In this document: piece after piece, positions 1 through 13,815 of the stretch
Layout: each line of letters begins with the position of its first letter
Numbering within the stretch: position 1 is the stretch's first letter
From: Octopus vulgaris
Taxonomy: Eukaryota
Direction of reading: 5' to 3'
DNA length: 64,000 nucleotides
NCBI GenBank assembly: GCA_951406725.2
Contig: OX597826.1
Span: 62,620,001 to 62,684,000, forward strand
Notes under the pieces: model-generated
The model's input: the letters and a program-made list of their open reading frames with translations, nothing else
Told to the model about the DNA's origin: nothing
The model's database searches: none
Translations under genes and position numbers: made by a program

Positions 1-118
1 ATCATCATCATCATCATAATCATCATCCCCTTCATCACCGTCCTCGTCATATTCGTCACCATCATCTTCATCACCGTCGACATCAACATCAGCATCACCA
101 TCATCATTGCTATTATTA

Positions 119-164
<46 letters not shown>

Positions 165-336
165 CATCATCATCATCATTATCATTATCATCATCATAAT
201 CATTATTATTATCATTATTATCATCATCATTATTATTATTATTATTACTACTACTACTTCTACTACTACTACTGCTGCTGCTGCTAGTTGTTATTATTAA
301 TATTATTATTATTATTATCATTATTATTATTATTAA

Positions 337-388
<52 letters not shown>

Positions 389-390
389 TA
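1..390. repeat. Compound trinucleotide microsatellite (ATC)n/(ATT)n/(ACT)n
   Basis: Directly visible; explains the poly-Leu ORF 288..602. Confidence 0.95.
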
Positions 391-1740
391 ATTATCGCTT
401 TTGTTCATTCCTTATTTTTACGGGATTTCGTTTCTTTGTTTCTTTATTTAAATTATTTCGTCGTTCTAAAAGTATTGGAATGGGGGGTGCAGGTGGGGAA
501 TGCCAGGAAAATCGAAAAAGGGAAAAGAAACATAATAAAAAAAGAAAGAAAAAGAAACTTTTTAAAGAAACAAGGCAAATAACTGCCTCGGCATTGATAT
601 AAATCTGATTATTTTCTGCATTTAAGCACTTCAATTGATAATGGCCCAAGAATCAATAGTCTCACGTGCTTGGAAATGGAAACCAATCTCCAGTTTGCAT
701 TATTGTTTAAATTGAAAAAGAAGGCAATATTTTTGCCTCCCAAAACATATTATTTCCTTGTTTTCTTCTTTATTTATTTTATGAATTTTTTGTTGTTTTT
801 TTTGGGTTTTTTTTGATGATGCAGGATGTTGTACAGTTTTAATGTTTATATCAGGTTTTATTGTTCCCTCCAAAATTATAATGCGGTGCTCCTTGTTATC
901 CCTCAATTCATAAAATGATTTTCCTCTTTATATTTTGCAGTCAATTATTTATTCAGTTCTAATTTTGTTTATTTTTTTGTGTGTTTCGCTTGCTTGCTGT
1001 TTTCTTTTCTTTATTTTTGAATTTGTTTATATTCTTCTTAAGAATGGCAAATGGCCGAGTATGTACAATATGAATAGAAACACCGAGTGTTGGAATATTT
1101 AGCTTCAGTGATTCCATCGGCTTGTCGCGCTTACAAAACATAATCAACGCAAGGAACATGTATTTCTATGCCTCTTTGCTTTCTTAAAATATATAACAAA
1201 TTTTACGTTTGGATCGAGTGTGTTTTCTGAAAAAATTCAACATGTAAGATAAAACGCATGACGTGAGAATCGCGAGAGAAATAAAATCAAAAGAAAACAA
1301 CAAAACTAGTCATAAAATAAAGAACTAAGGAGAAAATGGTATCACACATTACTATACTATGGTGATGATATAAGAGATCTCAATAAGACAAATATATGAA
1401 AGAAAAAGGTGAATACAGTGGATATAGGTAAAGAAAATTTGCAGCATTGTTTGAGACGTGTAGGAATAAACATTTGAGACGGAAGGATATTTCATTGCGA
1501 ATCAATGCCAAATTCTTCTTAGCAGAAACTAATAGAAGGCTAATTATGAGGATGTGAGCAGTCTGGATATCCAAAATTTATATGTCACAGTGACAAAATA
1601 AGGAATTTCAAATTCACTGCATTCAAAATGTCGGTTGGTTTACTTCCTTTAAAATATATTTAAAAACGATTATTCGTTTCGTAAATGAAGTGATTTAAAC
1701 ATAATGTAGTACAAAATTTCTATTAAAAATATAAGAGTTT

Positions 1741-2565
<825 letters not shown>

Positions 2566-2744
2566 ATGAATCATATGTTCGTGTGTTAACATATATATGT
2601 GTGTGTGTGTGTGTGTGTACATATATATATATATATATACATACTCATACAGACACACACATATACATAGAAAACATATGCATAGATATGAGTGTGCGTG
2701 TTTATGTATGTCTGTATATATATATATATACATTTATAAATACA

Positions 2745-3887
2745 CAGGGGTTGGACAAAATAGTGGAAACGCCTTAAAATTTCAAACAAGTTTATTTTAA
2801 TATGGGATAAGACCGCCTTTGGCAATAATTACAGCTTGAATTCTACGAGGTATGAACTCGTACAAAGTCTGAATTGTTTCCAAATGAATTTTTGTCCTTT
2901 CTTCAGCTAAAACAGTCTCCTGGTGCCATTCAGTAACAACCTTAGCTGTCTGAAGTGGTGTATTATCATCCTAAAAGAGTTCGTTTACCAACGGAAACAG
3001 TTTCGCAACAATAGGATGAATTTGATCAGATAATATGACCAAATAGTCTTGACTATTATTTCTGCCACGAAGGGTAACCATTAGGCCGGCGGATTTCCAA
3101 GATATAGACTCCCTCCCCCCGATCATCACAGATCCTTTTCCATGTTTGAGAGTTGGAAGACGGCAGTCAGGATCAAATGCTTCTTTTGGATATCTCCACA
3201 TGTATACTGGGCCGGTGTTCGGAAATAAGGTAAAGGATGACTGGTCCGAGAAAATAACATTCTTCCACTGCTCCAAGGACCAATTCTGTAGGTTTTTACG
3301 CTACTCTAAATACTTTGCAACGTTTGGTTTTGAAAATAGTGGTTTTCTGATTGCTGCCCTCCCGTGAAATCTAGCTTCGTGCAGCTCTCGACGAACAGTT
3401 TTTGTAGAAACTATGTTATCGAGAAGGTCATTAAGCTCTGCAGAAATTTTGGGAGCTGTACTTTTGTGATCCTTACTAAAAATTCCCGTTAGAGTCCGAA
3501 TGTCCCTATCTGAATGTTTTGGTTTTCTTCCGGAGTCTTGTTTCGACGAGGAGGTTTTTCCCACTTTCTCAAAGGCTGTCATTACTTTCGAGACAGTACT
3601 TCTCGATACACAAAACATTTAAGCTGTTTTCATTACGCTAGCGCCTGCCATGCGATCACCAACAACTTGACCTCTTTGAAAGTCCGATAGATATGTCATT
3701 TTAATGAATTTTTATTACCTTTTTCTGATGATATCTGAAAAGAAACAGCAATTTTAGCAAACCATATTAGGCAACACTAATAAATAAAAAAAGAACATAA
3801 AACTAAACAAGCTTTTGACGGTCTTGTGGATATTTGAAAATTATGATGCTATGATGCTAGGTGTTTCCGATATTTCGTCCAACTCTG
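2745..3887 (-). mobile_element. Tc1-family DNA transposon, decayed
   Basis: Imperfect ~28-bp TIRs: cagggGttggacaaaatagtggaaacgcc versus the reverse complement of the right end, cagagttggacgaaatatcggaaacacc. TA follows at 3888-3889; the element lies in a TA/CA microsatellite. Confidence 0.92.
2797..3699 (-). pseudogene. Tc1 transposase pseudogene
   Basis: Reads MTYLSDFQRGQVVG...SGRKPKHSDRD...STKTVRRELH...RKPL...WKNVIFSDQS...KHGKGSVMI...F*DDNTP...IPRRIQAVIIAKGG. Stops at 3619-21, 3301-03 and 2971-73; the SPDLNPIE segment is deleted. Confidence 0.9.
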
Positions 3888-3988
3888 TATTTATATATAC
3901 ATACAGATACAGACACACACACCTATATATATGCATACATACACATATATATACACACGCACACACACACATATATGCATACATACAT

Positions 3989-4041
<53 letters not shown>

Positions 4042-4304
4042 TGCATACATTTATGCACACATACATGTATCTAGAGACATATGCATACATTCATATATGC
4101 TTGATTGCACACAACATACATATATACATATAGATCCGATCTTTCATACGTTTAGAACTATGATTACGATATATCATTGTGATTTTGAAATCCCAATAAA
4201 AATGCGATTGCATCAATATACATCAAAAAGTATGCATCAGAAATTGCCTAATAGGATTTTATATCTGGTGGAACAAAACGCACAAACTATTATAAGATGA
4301 AAAA

Positions 4305-4470
4305 AGGCAGTGAGATGGCAGAATCGTTAGCGCGCCGAGAAAAATGCTTAGCGGCATGTCGTCTGTCATGTACATTCTGAATTCCTAGTCAGCCATGATC
4401 GACTTTGCCTTTCATTTTTTCGGGATCGATAAAATAAGTGCCTACTGGCCTTGTGCAAAAATTTGAAACA
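4305..4470 (+). mobile_element. SINE family B (tRNA-like head, Meta-like core), diverged
   Basis: ggcagtgagatggcagaatcgttagc...gactttgcctttcat...gatcgataaaataag matches copy 22376. Confidence 0.75.
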
Positions 4471-4991
4471 AATATTATAAAGTTAATTATAAAAAAGTAC
4501 GAAAAAATTGTAAAAATCATAGAAGCGGAATAAGAGGTAAACCATCTTAAGTCAATATTTTGACCATAAGTATAGCACATTGTTCTGTCTCAAATACAAG
4601 CCCTACTTTCCATTTGTGAACTCTGAAGGATACGAAGCAACACACATATCTGAACAGGTTTAATAAAGTTCTATATTTTAGAGATGAGGAATTCTGTACA
4701 TTATTGATAGTATTTACATTTGACGGATCTGTGTCCCCATCTACGTTTCGGCTGATAATACACAGAGAACCGAACTGGAAAATTCGAAAACTAAACGTGG
4801 CAGCACATATGCTAGGACACAATAACCGCCTAAGCAGATTTAGTGCAGATAGGAGTAGAATATGGGAACCGGTATTAAGGAAGGATGCAAAAATATTAGG
4901 TTTAGAAGCCCTAAAATTCACTTTATAATTGCCCACGAGCATATAGCTTAATGGTTAAGAGCGCGAGTTACTAACACCAAGATCGCGATTT

Positions 4992-4992
<1 letters not shown>

Positions 4993-5031
<39 letters not shown>

Positions 5032-5042
5032 TAATAATAATG

Positions 5043-5136
<94 letters not shown>

Positions 5137-5166
5137 TGATGATGATGATGATGATGATGATAATAA
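4993..5166. repeat. (AAT)n/(GAT)n microsatellite
   Basis: Directly visible. Confidence 0.95.
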
Positions 5167-5315
5167 TATCGGCAAAAGAGTACCTTACAACTCAGGGTTC
5201 GTTTCAAAATTCTACCAAGACATCTGATGAAACCTGGAGATAAATCAGCTAAAACTTTGTAGTAACCATAAACAAGAAGAGGACACATATCCGTAAATAA
5301 TGTGAATAATGTATA
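5167..5315 (+). mobile_element. Probable Penelope-like terminal (pLTR/UTR) remnant with a decayed hammerhead core
   Basis: CTGATGA (5224-30), a weak stem, then AAAAC in place of GAAAC (5251-55); followed by an aataatgt-type tail. Confidence 0.4.
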
Positions 5316-6362
5316 GGTTTAATAATCCTTTCTCATATGGACGTGATGGCTGAATTTTGGGGAAGGTGGGCTAGTCGATTATATTAAGGACAGTGCCCGA
5401 CTGGCACACCACGGACGAAGTTTAACACAGAATGTAAAGCAGGAAAAATGGAGATCAGCGTTTTGTCCAGCATTTATATATTTTGTCGGCCCACTGCTTC
5501 AACAGGTTTTATAATGACAGAATTCCTCTCGAAGAAGTATTTGTAAACATTGAAGGAAGACAAGCCTAAGAGGAGGAAGTTTGTTTAAATATTTCTCGCG
5601 ATGTTCGCTACTTTCAAGCTCGTCCAAGACCAACTTTGCCTTTTACCCACATCCCCACCCCTCAGCCGTCACTCAGAACCAAAAAACATTCATATGATTC
5701 TTTCTACTACAGGCACACGGTCGGAAATTCTGGAGGAAAAAGAAAGTCTGGTATTCAACCCCGAAAGGATCAAAAGCAAAATAAGCCTCGGTGAAATTTG
5801 GACTCACCACATAAAGCTAGAAGGAATGCTGCTAAGCATTTGTCAAACGTTGTAACAATTCTACCAGATCGCCTACTTTTAGACCGCCAACTACCAGCTC
5901 AGCTAACAGTCAAATATGGTAGTTGATAATATCGATTAATCACTTCGGCTCAAAAGTGCTGGCCTTGTCGCTAAATCCGTAACCAATGTTTACTTCCACG
6001 CTACATATTTCGCTATGGATATCTGACAGAGAAAAATGACTGATCTTCTCGGTGAAAGGGTGAATACACCGATACGATAGCCACGATGGAGTTGTATCCA
6101 AACACTGCTCGACTTAACATATTTCTGATTTTTCATAATATCCATGTTCAACCGAGCTCATTTAAGAATATGGGCAAATAGATATTAAGGTAATTTTTTC
6201 CTTCGCATACCATTGCTTTAATCCATCAAACATGCGTAGCAATGGGTTGCTGGTTTGAACAAACAATCAATAATATGAGTGTTTGCGGAAGTGTTTAAGT
6301 AAAAGTATGGTTGTATATACATATGTACAATATATGTATATATGTATGTAGCTACCTATCTG

Positions 6363-6486
<124 letters not shown>

Positions 6487-6665
6487 GGTGTATATGTATA
6501 TATTTGTGGATATATATGTATGAAAGTATGTATACATAAATACATACATTTATGTATAAATTCATATATAGACTCATGTGCACACCTATATATGTATGTG
6601 TGTGTAGATACCTATACATATAAGCGTATAAATACGCACTCCAAACACACACACATTGACTCATG

Positions 6666-6696
<31 letters not shown>

Positions 6697-7239
6697 TCAT
6701 GTGTGTGTGTGTGAATGGATATGCGTACAAACCGTGTGTATATAATCGATGTGATTCTAATCAATGAGATTTATATTGCTATCCTAAGCAGCAGGCAAAT
6801 AGTTATCTATGCTGATCCGTCCCTCTTAGGTTACATCACTTTGATAAACACAGATATTCTTCACACGCGTAAACACATGAAAACATACTTGCATACTGAC
6901 ATATAAACAATAAATATATAGACACGTATAGCCGTATATCAAAACGCATAATAAGTGCGAAGTAGAAATACACAAGCATAAGAGAAGCATACATATGTGT
7001 GTGGGAGTTTGATCATGTGTTTGTTTGTAAACGTATGTGCATGAATATGTATCGTTATATATAAATGTATATAATATACATACATGCATACAAACATACA
7101 TATGTATAAATGTATGAATGTATTTGTATGGGCGTATTTTAGCCTTAAATATATATGAGTGTGTTCTATCTATAATTATGCGCAAATGTCAGTGCACATG
7201 TGTTTGAATGTGTGCATATATGTATATATATATATATAA

Positions 7240-7344
7240 TAAGTACTAGGCTTACAAAGAATAAGTCCTGCCGTCGATTTGCTCGACTAAAGCCGGTGCT
7301 CTAGCATGGCCACAGTCAAATGACTGAAACAAGTAAAAGAGTAA

Positions 7345-7399
<55 letters not shown>

Positions 7400-7630
7400 T
7401 TTGGAAAATAATTTTTTTTGTACTCTAGGCACAAGGCCCGAAATTTTGGGGGAGGAGGCTAGTTAATTAGATTGACCCCAGTACGCAACAGGTACCTAAT
7501 TTATTGATACCGGAAGAACGAATGGCAAAGTCGTCTTCGGCGGTATTTCAACTCAGAACATAAAGACAGACTAAATACCGCAAAATATTTCGCCTGGTGT
7601 GCTAATGTTTTCACCAGCCCACTGCTTTCT
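7240..7630. mobile_element. SINE A 3' fragment (+, 7240-7347), (TA)n, and SINE B copy (-, 7418-7630)
   Basis: Matches the family consensus seen elsewhere in the window. Confidence 0.8.
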
Positions 7631-8162
7631 TTGGAAAATAATATTGGTCCACGTTTTTTTCTCATTCCTCATGAGGTCTTTCTGAAAGAATTTTCTTTCC
7701 AAATAGTCACAATGGTCTCAGAACTAATCTCTTTCACGATTTCTCTCTCTTTTACTCGTTTACTCCTCCACTATCTCTCTCGTTCTTCCTCACACACTAT
7801 CTTTCCATTCTTCCCCATCTCATCTCTCCCACATCTCCTCCCCACCCCATCTCGCCCACATCTCCTCCCTTTGTGTTTCGCTTAATATTTCTTCAAACAG
7901 TTAAATGACTCTTTGGTGTTCAATTTGCATGACACAAGCGACCTCAGAAGAACGTTTTCATGAAGAATTAAAAGTGAGAATTATCAGGAATGAAGCAAAA
8001 GTCCGACATCCGTTGCTAATAATAATCATAAACAAGATAATGGTTTCAAATTTTGGCAGCAATTTTCAGGGTGGGGTAAGACGATTACATCAACCCCAGT
8101 GGTCAACTAGTACTTTACTTATCGACCCGAAATGATGAAACGCAAAGACATCATTGGTGGGC

Positions 8163-8202
<40 letters not shown>

Positions 8203-8206
<4 letters not shown>

Positions 8207-11200
8207 TGGACCCCTCTGATGTCGCTGTCAATCATTTAATGAAAACAAGCCAAAAATCATGCCGGATCGGTCATCGCCCGGGACAACAAGGACCGCGTTA
8301 CCCAGTAGGGAACCAGACTGGGGTCGAAAAGTTTGCTGCTGGAACAAACTCTCAAAAAGACGATCTACCAGGTGACCAGAACCAGAATACTTCTAACTCT
8401 GGACTTGTACTGACACCACCAAAAACACCACCTAAAGCAAAACGTATAAAATGGACCAGAGAGGACTATAGAGATGTGTTGAAAGCTTTTTATACAGCCC
8501 AACTAAACCCAAACAATAACCTCAGTGTACAAACATACATCTCATGGAGAAATTCAGTAGGCAATGACGTACGTAGATATATAGACGCAAATAAATTAAG
8601 TAATGTACGCAGAGATTTAATTAAAAACAAAAGACTAACTGACGCTGAAATTGACAAAATTAGGACACTAATAGCTCATGGTAGACCAAAAGAAAACAGC
8701 AACAATGTAGACGAAATAGGTAACAGTAGCACAGAAGCCAGTGTACAAGCGGCAAATCAACTTTCCAATGGGGAATTTAAACAAAGAATAGCGAAGACGA
8801 GAGATTTGAAAAAAGAGGAGAACGTAGACCTTCCTCAAGAAAACCAAAATAGATATGACATAGAATTTGAGGTGAATAATAGAGAAAAGATTATAGAAGC
8901 AAAAGTGGACATTATGAGAGAACTCGGCAAGATTGAGCTCACTGACATGGTTAATAGAGAACCGCTACCAAAGTTTTCAAATGACACAAGAAATAACACA
9001 ATCATGACATATAACGTTGCCCTAGGACAGATCTTAAGAAATAAGGGGAATGATCTGACAACCTTAAATAATCTCATCTATTCCACTGCTAAAGTAGTAA
9101 CTACCCAACTAGGTATTAAGATGACAAAGAAAAAGGCCAGGCATGTCAATGAACCTCCTAAGTGGAAAGTAGCGATACAAAAAGAGATTGAATCTCTGCG
9201 GGCGGATGTTTCAGTTCTCGATGAGCTTGCTAGAGGAGTGAATATTAAGTCGAGAAAAGCTAGAAAAATCAAGCAAAAATATAAAATCAAAGATCTCATA
9301 AACCTCCCTGCAACTAAGGAACTGTTGAAAGAACGGATGCAGTTGAAGGCCCAAAGGCTTAGAAGGTATGAGAAAAGAAACAAATTTTATCGACAAAATA
9401 AATTTTTTAAGATAGATGCAAAGAAATTTTATAGGGAAATTGGCAAAAATAAAATACACATAGAAGATCCACCTAAGATTAAGGAAGTGGAGGAGTTCTG
9501 GAAGAAGGTATGGAGCAACGAAAAAGAGTTTAATGCTGAGGCTGACTGGATAGAACGTCGTCTCAAAATTCTTAGAGAATAGCATGACCATGTGGAACAC
9601 ACGTCTCTTTCTAAGCCATAGTAATGGGATGAGCCAGTCCAACAGCATCAACATCAAACGAGGCATCTTTCAAGGTGACTCCCTCTCTCCATTACTTTTT
9701 TGCATGGCACTGATTCCACTCTCAAACGAATTGGATAGTACCAGATATGGGTACAAAGTTTTTAGTAAGTTAATAAACCACCTTTTCTATATGGACGACC
9801 TAAAGCTGTTTGCCAGGAATGACCAAGAGCTAGAAGGGCTGCTAACAACTGTTAAAGAGTTTAGCAATGATATCGGAATGGATTTTGGCCTTGATAAGTG
9901 TGCTAAAGCAACTTTTGTAAGAGGCAAGCTCAGGCAAACAGCTTCTGTTAAATTAGATATTGACACTACCATCAAGGAACTTGACCCACAAGAAAGTTAC
10001 AAATACCTAGGAATCAACGAAGGAGATGGTATACATCATGCTACTATGAAGGAAAAAATAAGAAAGGAATACTATAGGAGAATAAGGCTTGTACTGAAGA
10101 CTGAACTCAACTCCAAAAATTGCATTGAGGCCATTAACAACCTGGCACTTCCAGTAGTCCAGTACAGTTTTAACATCATTAACTGGAACCTTACGGAACT
10201 CCAACGCTTGGACAGGAAGACAAGAAAATTACTGACATCCAAGAGCATGCACCACCCTAAGGCAGATGTAGACCGCCTGTACCTACCTACAAGCAGCGGT
10301 GTGGGGGATGATGCAATTAGAGCTGTGCTATAAGACCTCTACTGTAGGAATGAACAGGTACCTATCTAGTACAAAGGACTGGATGCTGCGACTTGTGTGC
10401 GAACACTAAAGCAGCAAAAAGCTGCATTCTATTGTCAAGGAAGCTTATAAGTTCGAAAGGGAACTAGACATTAACCTTCAATCAGATGAAGAGCCGGAAA
10501 CCACTGCTACCAAGCAAACAAAGCGAATCAAGCAGACTGCAAAAAAGAACGGGCAGAATCAAATTGAGAGGCGGTGGAGCCAGAAGCCCCTGCATGGACA
10601 ATATATTCTTCGAAGCCAAAATGCTGATGTAGACCAAGCAACAACCCATCAGTGGCTGAAGAGTTCTGGATTAAAAGCAGAGACTGAAGGCTTCATACTG
10701 GCAGCACAAGATTAAAGCTTGTTTACCAGAAATTACCAGGCTAACGTTCTCCGAAACGGTACTGACCCTAAATGCAGATTCTGCGACACATTTGACGAAA
10801 CAATAGACCATCTCGTTTCGGGATGTCCTGTGCTGACACCAAACGAATACAAAAATCGCCACGATAGGGTAGGACAGTATATACATTGGAAGATATGTAA
10901 ACACTACAAATTCGACACTCCTGCTAACTGGTATGAACACCATCCTCAGCCAGTTGTTGAAGGTAAAGATGTCACCATCCTCTGGGATTTTCCCGTCAAC
11001 ACTGACAGAACGATCAAGGCTAATCGACCAGACATGATTGTTAAAGACAGGGAAGAAAATACCTGCAGACTAATAGAGGTAAGCGTCCCCACTGATAAAA
11101 ATGTATCTGTAAAGGAATTTGACAAACTTAGTAAATATAAGGACCTGGAAATCGAAATACAAAAGATGTGGAATCTTAAAACAAAAACTGTTCCTGTTAT

Positions 11201-11426
11201 TGTAGGTGCCCTAGGTATGATAAAAAAGGAATGTCAGAAACACCTAAACAATATCCCTGGAGAACCATGTAAATGTTTGTGTTTGTATTACATGGAGATA
11301 TTTCTCTACTTCCCCTCCCCAAGCTTTCAGCTATATTTCAACAACTCTTAACCTTCACTTGCCCTAGGGCGCTGGGTGTGCCCCGGCAAGTGATTGCATC
11401 AAACATGCAGATTAAAAGTAAATGAC
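8203..11426 (+). mobile_element. R4/Dong-clade non-LTR retrotransposon (RT + CCHC + RLE) inserted in (AAT)n
   Basis: (AAT)n on both flanks (8163-8202 and 11427 onward). RT motifs GIFQGDSLSPLLF, LFYMDDLKLF, GMDFGLDKC and YKYLG; CRFC-x8-H-x4-C knuckle; RHD; RPD...E...K..KY restriction-like endonuclease. Confidence 0.93.
8206..11351 (+). pseudogene. Disrupted single ORF of the R4/Dong element
   Basis: ORFs 8206-9582, 9584-10333 and 10719-11351 join into one polyprotein. An internal deletion near 9557 removes RT domains ~0-3; frameshift near 10300; stops at 10407-09 and 10713-15; C-terminus appears deleted after PGEP (~11268). Confidence 0.9.
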
Positions 11427-11503
<77 letters not shown>

Positions 11504-11517
11504 TAATAATAATAATA

Positions 11518-11570
<53 letters not shown>

Positions 11571-11592
11571 CATTATTATTATTATTATCATT
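11427..11592. repeat. (AAT)n immediately followed by (ATT)n
   Basis: Directly visible; self-complementary. Confidence 0.95.
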
Positions 11593-11599
11593 ACTATTT

Positions 11600-12080
11600 T
11601 ACATTCTACTAAAACACAAGGAGTAGAAGGATAGTTGATTATAATGAATTAAGTACTTCATGTGACTTAATTTATTGACCAGGAAACGGTGAAAAGCAGT
11701 GTTGACCTTGATGGAACTTGAACTCAAAATCTAAAAAAAAAATGCAACTAACACAAAGCACTGTTTCTGAAGGCTCTAATGATTCTGCGAGCTCACAAAC
11801 TATTTAAGATAGTTCTTGATGTAGGCCTACAGTCTCCAATTATAAGAGGATTGGAGTAGTAATAATAAAATGACAAACGCTTTCAAAATTTAGCTGTAGG
11901 CTAGCAGCTTTTGCTCGATTACATCGACCACAGTGCTTAACTGCAACTTGCTTTATCAGCCCCAAAAAGATGAAAGGCAAAGTGGACTGCGACGGAATTT
12001 GAACTCAGAATGTAAGGACAAATGAAATGGCGCTTAGCATTTTGCCCGGCGCGCTGTCGCATCTGCCAGTTCGCTGCTTT
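11600..12080 (-). mobile_element. Two SINE B copies in reverse orientation
   Basis: gatgaaaggcaaagt...ggaatttgaactcagaa...ttagcattttgcccggcgcgct...ctgccagttcgctgc is the reverse complement of family B. Confidence 0.75.
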
Positions 12081-12149
12081 AATAGTAATATCAACAACAA
12101 CAACAGCAGCAGTTTCTACATGAAGGACGATCAAGACGTTGAGAATGAT

Positions 12150-12548
12150 GTGGCTGTGTGGTAAGTAGCTTGCTAACCAACCACATGGTTCCGGGTTCAG
12201 TCCCACTGCGTGGCATCTTCGGCAAGTGTCTTCTACTATAGCCTCGGGCCGACCAAAGCCTTGTGAGTGGATTTGGTAGACGGAAACTGAAAGAAGCCTG
12301 TCGTATATATGTATATATATATGTATGTGTGTGGGTCTGTGTTTGTCCCCCTAGCATTGCTTGACAACCAATGCTGGTGTGTTTATGTCCCCGTCAGTTA
12401 GCGGTTCGGCGAAAGAGACCGATAGAATAAGTACTGGGCTTACAAAGAATAAGTGCCGGGGTCGAGTTGCTCGATTTAAGGCGCTGCTCCAGCATGGCCG
12501 CAGTCAAATGACTGAAACAAGTAAAAGAGTAAAAGAGTAAAAAGAGTA
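12150..12548 (+). mobile_element. SINE family A, full-length (tRNA-derived head, internal TA tract, (GTAAAAGA)n tail)
   Basis: A-box-like gtggctgtgtggt, B-box-like ggttcagtccc, CORE-like ggcaagtg; near-identical to copies 19174 and 57995. Confidence 0.9.
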
Positions 12549-13249
12549 ATGAGTATATGATAAGCATAAAAATGTTTAGCAGAAATCATTATAAAAGATT
12601 ACCCTGAACGCGTTATGTCCCGTTATTTATTTAATTCATCGATTTTAAACAGATAAAAATATAAGGATGAAAGATGTAGCAAATTAGACTAGTGACACTT
12701 TGAGGGAAATTTACTTATTTCATAATTTAATTCACGAACAAGTCATTGTTTCACAGCATTTAAAGTGGCGAGAGATTCAGCAGAAACGGTTTTTTTCCGA
12801 TAGCGACAGTGATTTTTCTTTTCTTGTCCACAAATAGACACACACAGAAAGATCAGTTAGATTTTATGCGCTTTGAGTTCAAGTACAACGGAGGCTAAAC
12901 TTACCTCTCATAGTTGCAGCGTTAATAAATGAAGAACCAGTTTTTCAGTTAGTATATTACGACAGCACCTCTAATATTTTAGTCAAGGCATGGAAGTTTC
13001 CAGGCACTGTAATGTGTACACACACACACACACACACAAACACACACAGACATACACACACATACACACATACACACACACACACTTAGACGAACATATG
13101 CACAAACGAATATGATTGTGTATAATATATATGCATATTTATATAAATATATGTATGTATACATGCACGCCTACACGTCCACACACACTTTTAACTATAA
13201 TGAGTGTGTAAGAATGTATATATCTATTAGGTATGTACATATGCATGTA

Positions 13250-13356
13250 TGTCATTGTTCAGTTTTATTCAAATATTTCTTGGAAATAGAGGAAGAGTCG
13301 TTATTTAACCTAGAGCCATGTCTCCATTAGAATTTCAACATCGACAACAGGATATA

Positions 13357-13392
<36 letters not shown>

Positions 13393-13815
13393 TGTATGAA
13401 TGTATGTATGTATGTATGTATGTATGTATGTATGTATGTATGTATGTATGTATGTATGTATATGTGCAGATTTTTATGTTTTGTTTATGTGTGTTCCCAT
13501 GCAAATAGTTGCATATCTAATCATACTCATATAAATATTTAAATGATAAACTTCTGGAAAGTTATACAGACTTTTACAGTTCCAGTGATGGATTGGATGT
13601 GTAGTCTTCGAATTAGCTTTCTCCTTTCTGGATTTGAGAAGCATGATTTCTCAAGATTGGTATTTAGGTAGTGTGTTACATAACCCAGGGCCCCAATAAT
13701 TACAAGTACAAATCTGAACTTGTAATCTGGATCGAGTACCTGCAGATTTCTCAATAGTTCACTGTCTGTGTTCTCTTTTACACCGATCTCTCAGCTTTAT
13801 ATTAACATCCGCTGA
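13250..13815 (-). mobile_element. 3' fragment of a second R4-like RLE retrotransposon, in (TACA)n context
   Basis: [24 protein letters not shown]...LHIQSITGTVKVCITF is an RLE C-terminus; the 3'UTR (ctgttg..gatgttgaaatt...aataaaactgaacaatgacatac) is shared with the 58660 copy. Confidence 0.8.

Noticed and set aside
4704-4928. ORF ending ..AAHMLG..RIWEPVLRKDAKILGL, faintly like an RTE-clade C-terminus
   Set aside because: Similarity too weak to call without a profile search
8835-10943. Minus-strand ORFs overlapping the retrotransposon
   Set aside because: Antisense shadows of the plus-strand coding sequence
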